Shown one piece after another: positions 59,539-64,000 of a stretch of DNA of 64,000 bases (within the stretch, counting starts at the first letter, position 1; each line of letters begins with the position of its first letter). This DNA comes from the human T2T-CHM13v2.0 reference genome, Homo sapiens. A program made the translations under genes and the position numbers. The notes under the pieces were generated by a model that saw nothing but the letters and a program-made list of their open reading frames with translations, searched no databases and was not told where the DNA came from. The stretch lies in the NCBI RefSeq assembly GCF_009914755.1, contig NC_060925.1; one strand, 5' to 3'.

Positions 59539-60049
59539 TTATGGTATAAAATTTAGAAATATGTATGTAGCTCTGGAAAGAAAGGAAACTTCAGCTTTGC
59601 TGGCTCCAACTTCACAAAATTAGTTCTAGGGAAAGGAAATGTGTCAACCAAATTCTGATAATTCTCTTTTTACCCTTAATTTGGAAAGAAAAGGACTTAG
59701 GAAGTGGTTTTCTAATTTATTCTCTTTAGTCCTGGATGGAGTAGAAGTAGTTTTGTGAAGAGAGGGGCAAATGGGCAACCTTATCAACCAGCATTGACTG
59801 AGTCTGATGAAGCCTAAGTGCCAGAGCTCCATATGAAATAGCAGTAACCAAAGAGGCCTGCACTGAAGAGGACATACCTCCTCCAAGCCAAGCAAATAAC
59901 GCTAAGAATGTCAACCTGAAATAATTGAATATTGAAGCAATGCCAAGTGTGAGCTTCTATTCCAATGCAAAAGGGCATATTTTTCTACCTACTTTAGAGT
60001 GTTTTATGTTCTAATAAAATTCTTTGGGCTTTGTGCTAGTAAGAAATGT

Positions 60050-60131
60050 AAGAAACCTGCACATCCTGCATATGTATCCCAAAACTTAAAGTAAAATAAT
60101 AAAAAAAAAAAGAAATACCGATGAAAAAGAA
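60050..60131 (+). mobile_element. Very short L1PA 3' terminal fragment
   Basis: aaacctgcacatcctgcatatgtatcccaaaacttaaagtaaaat plus poly(A). TSD aagaaatgt (60041-60049 / 60132-60140). Confidence 0.75.
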
Positions 60132-60275
60132 AAGAAATGTTATTCATAAACACGAAGGTAAATACCAAAAGAAACAGCTAAAAATTAGAAAGCAGTAACC
60201 TCTGGGATTGAAAAATCAGCAAAAAATTGATCAGGGATTATTGAGGTTCATAACAAATATTTTTAAGGGGTTATC

Positions 60276-61372
60276 TTTTTTTAATTTTTAAGTTCAGGGG
60301 TACATCTGCAGGTTAGTTACATAGGTAGACTTGTGTCATGGGGGTTTGTTGTACAGATTATTTTGTCACCCAGGTATTAAGCCTAGTACCCATTAGTTAT
60401 TTTTCCTGATCCTCTCCCTCCTCCCACCCTCCACCCTCCGATAGACCCCAGAGTGTGTTGTTCCCCTCTATGTGTCCATGTGTTCTCATCATTTAGCTCC
60501 CACTTATAAGTAAGAACACACAGTATTCGTTTTTTTTGTTTCTACATTAGTTTGCTAAGGATAATGGCTTCCAGCTCTATTTGTGTTCCTGTAAAGAACA
60601 CGATCTCAATTTTTTTAACGGCTGCGTAGTATTCCATGGGGTACATATGCCACATTTTCTTTACCCTATCTACCATTGATGGGCATTGAGGTTGATTCCA
60701 TGTCTTTGCTATTGTGAATAGGGCTGTCATGAACATTGGCATGCATGGGTCTTTATGATAGAATGATTTATATTCCTTTAGATGTATACCCAGTAATGGG
60801 GTTGCTGGGTTGAATGGTAGTTCTGTTTTTAGGTCTTTGAGGAATTGTTACACAGTTTTCCACAATGATTGAACTAATTCCACTCCCACCAACAGTGTAT
60901 AAGTGTTCTGTTTTCTCTGCAACCTTTCCAGCATCTGTTATTTTTTGACTTTTTAGTAATAGCCATTCTGACTGGTGTGAGATGGTATCTTACGGTAGTT
61001 TTGGTTTGCGTTTCTCTAATGATCAGTGATGTTGAGCTTTTTTTTTTCCTGTACTTGTTGGTCACATGTATTCACAACTAAAAGAACAAAAGAACCCAGA
61101 GCAAAACAGCCTCAAAGCTAGCAGAAGACAAGAAATAACCAAAATCAGAGGTGACCTGAAGGAGATTGAGACACGTTGATCAAAAGATCAATGAATTCAG
61201 GAGTTGGTTTCTTGAAAAAAATCAGTAAAATATATAGACTGTTAACTAGACTAATAAAGAAGAAAAGAGAGAAGATTCAAATAAACACAATCAGAAAAGA
61301 CAAAGGAAATATTACCACTGACCCCACATAAATACAAATAAACATCAGAGAATATCATGAACACCTTTATGA
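60276..61372 (-). mobile_element. Older L1PA (PA10-13-like) 3' end (60276-~61070, minus) joined to an inverted ORF2 fragment (~61071-61372, plus)
   Basis: Minus-strand 3' UTR and ORF2 tail, then plus-strand aaagctagcagaagacaagaaataaccaaaatcagag (KASRRQEITKIR). Confidence 0.85.
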
Positions 61373-62174
61373 GTAATAAATCTTATAGAATTAATTGACT
61401 CTGTAACTGTGTGCATGGGTAATTTTGATTGCAGGAAAAAATGGAATAGAAAAATAAATGAAAGAATGATGAATGTGAAGATGATGTAATGACTTGAAAA
61501 ATGGGAATCCTATGGGGTAGAGTGAGAAGCAGGATCCTAAACAGTATAGGCAGTGTTGCCAAAACTGTGTGAAAGAGCACAGAAGAAAGACTGGAAGGAA
61601 ATGCACCAAATACTAAAGATGGTTAGTCAGATAGTGTGATGTTTTAAAAATTCTTCTTTTAACTCTTTTCCACAGTGTTTATAAGCCCTTTATGAAGAGA
61701 AATGGAGCAGAAAAATAAGTGCCTCTTTAAAGCAATGGAGATTGCTCACTTGTAGCCTGGTAGGCATGGAGTAAACAAAGTCTCTGTGTTTTGCTTGGAT
61801 CCACGGAAATAATTCTCTTTATAATAATCAGATAAATCTGATTATCTCCATGGGATCTGATTGGTTAAAGAACTCAGAAGACAAACATCAGGAAGGACAG
61901 TCAGTAGATAGAACTGAGGAGGGCTGACAAAGGGGAAAAAACTCATCTTAAAGAATAGAAAGACAATGGAATGGGGGCTATATAAGTGGTTGTTTTAGCT
62001 GGTAGCTGGCTTCTCATTTCCACCTCATCACCTTGGACCTTGAGAAGCAGAGGGCCATGAATGTCTCTTTTTTGTGGCTTCCAGGCACCTCTCCATCACT
62101 GTGGTGGGGCAGCTCAGTGTTCACAGGGGGCGCTCCTCTCCCATTCACCTATTTTGCTTTTCTTCCATAGGTGT

Positions 62175-62542
62175 TGTATTAGTCCATTTTCAACCTGCTG
62201 ATAAAGACACACTGGATACTGGGCAATTTGCAAAAGAAAAAAAAAAAAAAGAGGTTTAATGGACTCACAGTTCCATGTGGCTGGGGAGGCCTCACAATCA
62301 TGGTGGAAGGTGAAAGGCATGTTTTACATGGTGGCAAACAAAAGTGAGAGCCAAGCAAAAGAGGCTTCCCTTTATAAAGCCATCAGATCTCATGAGACTT
62401 ATCCACTACCATCAGAACAGTGTGGGGGAAACCACCTTCAAGATTCAATTATCTCACACTGGGTCCCTCCCATAACATGAAGGAATTATGGGAGCTACAA
62501 TTGAAGATGAGATTTCGGTGGGGACACAGCCAAACTATATCA
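62175..62542 (-). mobile_element. THE1B-type solo LTR
   Basis: tgtattagtccattttc...cagccaaactatatca. TSD ggtgt (62170-62174 / 62543-62547). Confidence 0.9.
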
Positions 62543-62819
62543 GGTGTGAAGGGTGAGGGTCTAAGAAGACACAATTTGGAGAGTCCAAGGAGCCCCACTC
62601 TCATTCCTACAGTGGAACATGCAAAATCCTCTTCCAGCTGTGATGTAATGCTGTCTCTACCTCCCCATGTCTTCTGTTACAATGTGAGTTTCCTGGAGGC
62701 ACCTAGGTAATGTTATACTCACAGGGGATATCCAATAAAGAAACAAATCCTACCTCAGGGACAAGTAGGAGGTGGAGAGTCTCCCCAAACACTTCACCTT
62801 GAGAAACAGAATGCTCCCA

Positions 62820-63018
62820 GGGTGGCTAAGACCAGCTCACATTAGCTGGTGAGAACCCCTGACAAGCATCTCTTTCCAACTCTGTGTTGAGTGATGTTAT
62901 GCCAGTAGCTTGGAATTAGCCATTGTGGGAGTATTCACACAAGGTAATCAAGTAAACACTACAAATAAGTCCCTATCCCCCCCAGAGAGCTGGTTACAAA
63001 ACACTTATTACCACACTG
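62820..63018 (-). mobile_element. MER63-like hAT DNA transposon
   Basis: gcatctctttccaactctgtgttgagtgatgtt...gtgggagtattcacac...aaacactacaaat...gagagctggtt...cacactg. Confidence 0.65.
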
Positions 63019-63827
63019 CTGTAGACTTGTCTCCACTTCCTTGTTATCCCTGAGTGCTTTTCCTTGGAAGCAACCAATAGTACACTGATGCTGGAAAAGG
63101 CCACTGCTAACTTGAAGTGCATGGCAGAGATTGGACTTAGGTATCTACAAGGACTTTTCCAACTGGAGAGTGTTTATAGGTGAGAAGATGTGAAAGCTGG
63201 GGCTCTTTACCTTCCCTGACAATTCTGGTGCTCATCTCCAAGGCTTTCAGGGATCTCATAATCAGGGTGAGGGTAGGCAGGAGTGTGAGTTCCCAGTCAT
63301 AGTCGAATTGAATGGCAAGACTGTGCAGACATTCCACAGCATACTTTAAAATGTCTAGAGAATGTGTTTAAGCATTGTAATATTTTACAATTTTTCGAGT
63401 GTGCCTGAAGGGAAGCCACAGATCACAAGTTATCCATCTTCGCACCCCATTACCTGGCTTAAAAATCAAAAATGTGGTAAATGAGTCTTGGGTGGATCTG
63501 TCAACAAGGCATAATAAAGATTGATGCTTTGTAGAGGTTTCATCTCAGAATGCAAATGTTGTCCTATGAATCCAAAGTATGATTATAGTGGGTAAAAAAA
63601 GAAAGAAAGAAAAAAAATCAATGCACAGTGCTAGATCGTCCAGGTAGCACCGGTCTCTGTGTCAGAAATCAAGAGGTTAGTCTATGGGGGTCTCTGAGAT
63701 CCCCAGCAGGGCCAGTCCATGGGGCCTTTTGAGCCCCAAAACTGCTAGGGTAACGTGGTCTCTCAAATATTTCTGCTTCCTATTGACATGGGTTCTACTA
63801 TAGTCACACTTTGCAATAAGCTGTAAT

Positions 63828-64000
63828 TCATCTATTTTATTCAACAAATACTTATTGATCACCTACTCTTTGCCTACATCTTGTGCTGGCTGTTTCTATA
63901 GCAATGATCTTACTTAAAACATTAAACACCTCCATGAAGTGGGTTCCATTACACCCTTCTCAAGTCTATGAGACAGAGGCTTTGAGATCAGAAGGTGCTG
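63828..64000 (-). mobile_element. L2/MIR fragments
   Basis: attcaacaaatacttattgatcacctact (L2 tail) and MIR-like gagacagaggc...tcagaagg. Confidence 0.5.

Overview
Primate (hominoid-type) non-coding genomic DNA, about half transposable elements. AluY and L1PA3-type sequence point to human or another great ape. I recognise no host protein-coding exon, rRNA, intact tRNA or CRISPR array. The only ORFs with recognisable products are broken LINE-1 ORF1/ORF2 pieces and MaLR (THE1) internal remnants. Main elements: an LTR10C-like solo LTR; two complete THE1 elements; several THE1, MST, MLT1 and MLT2 LTRs; a complete but non-coding 7.4 kb ERV1 element with both LTRs, TSD and a Ser-tRNA PBS; a full-length L1PA5/6-type LINE-1 carrying a nested younger L1 3' end and an AluY; other truncated L1s, Alus, MIRs, MADE1 and MER63. 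The most interesting signals are mechanistic: (1) an L1 3' end fused seamlessly into the homologous position of an older L1; (2) shared non-consensus variants among neighbouring L1s, possibly ectopic gene conversion; (3) a decayed tRNA-Glu inside the ERV leader; (4) two short locally templated duplications of 30 bp and 93 bp; (5) a cluster of DUX4 motifs in THE1 LTRs. I found no convincing new protein-coding system. Repeat subfamily names come from recalled consensus sequences and need RepeatMasker/Dfam confirmation.
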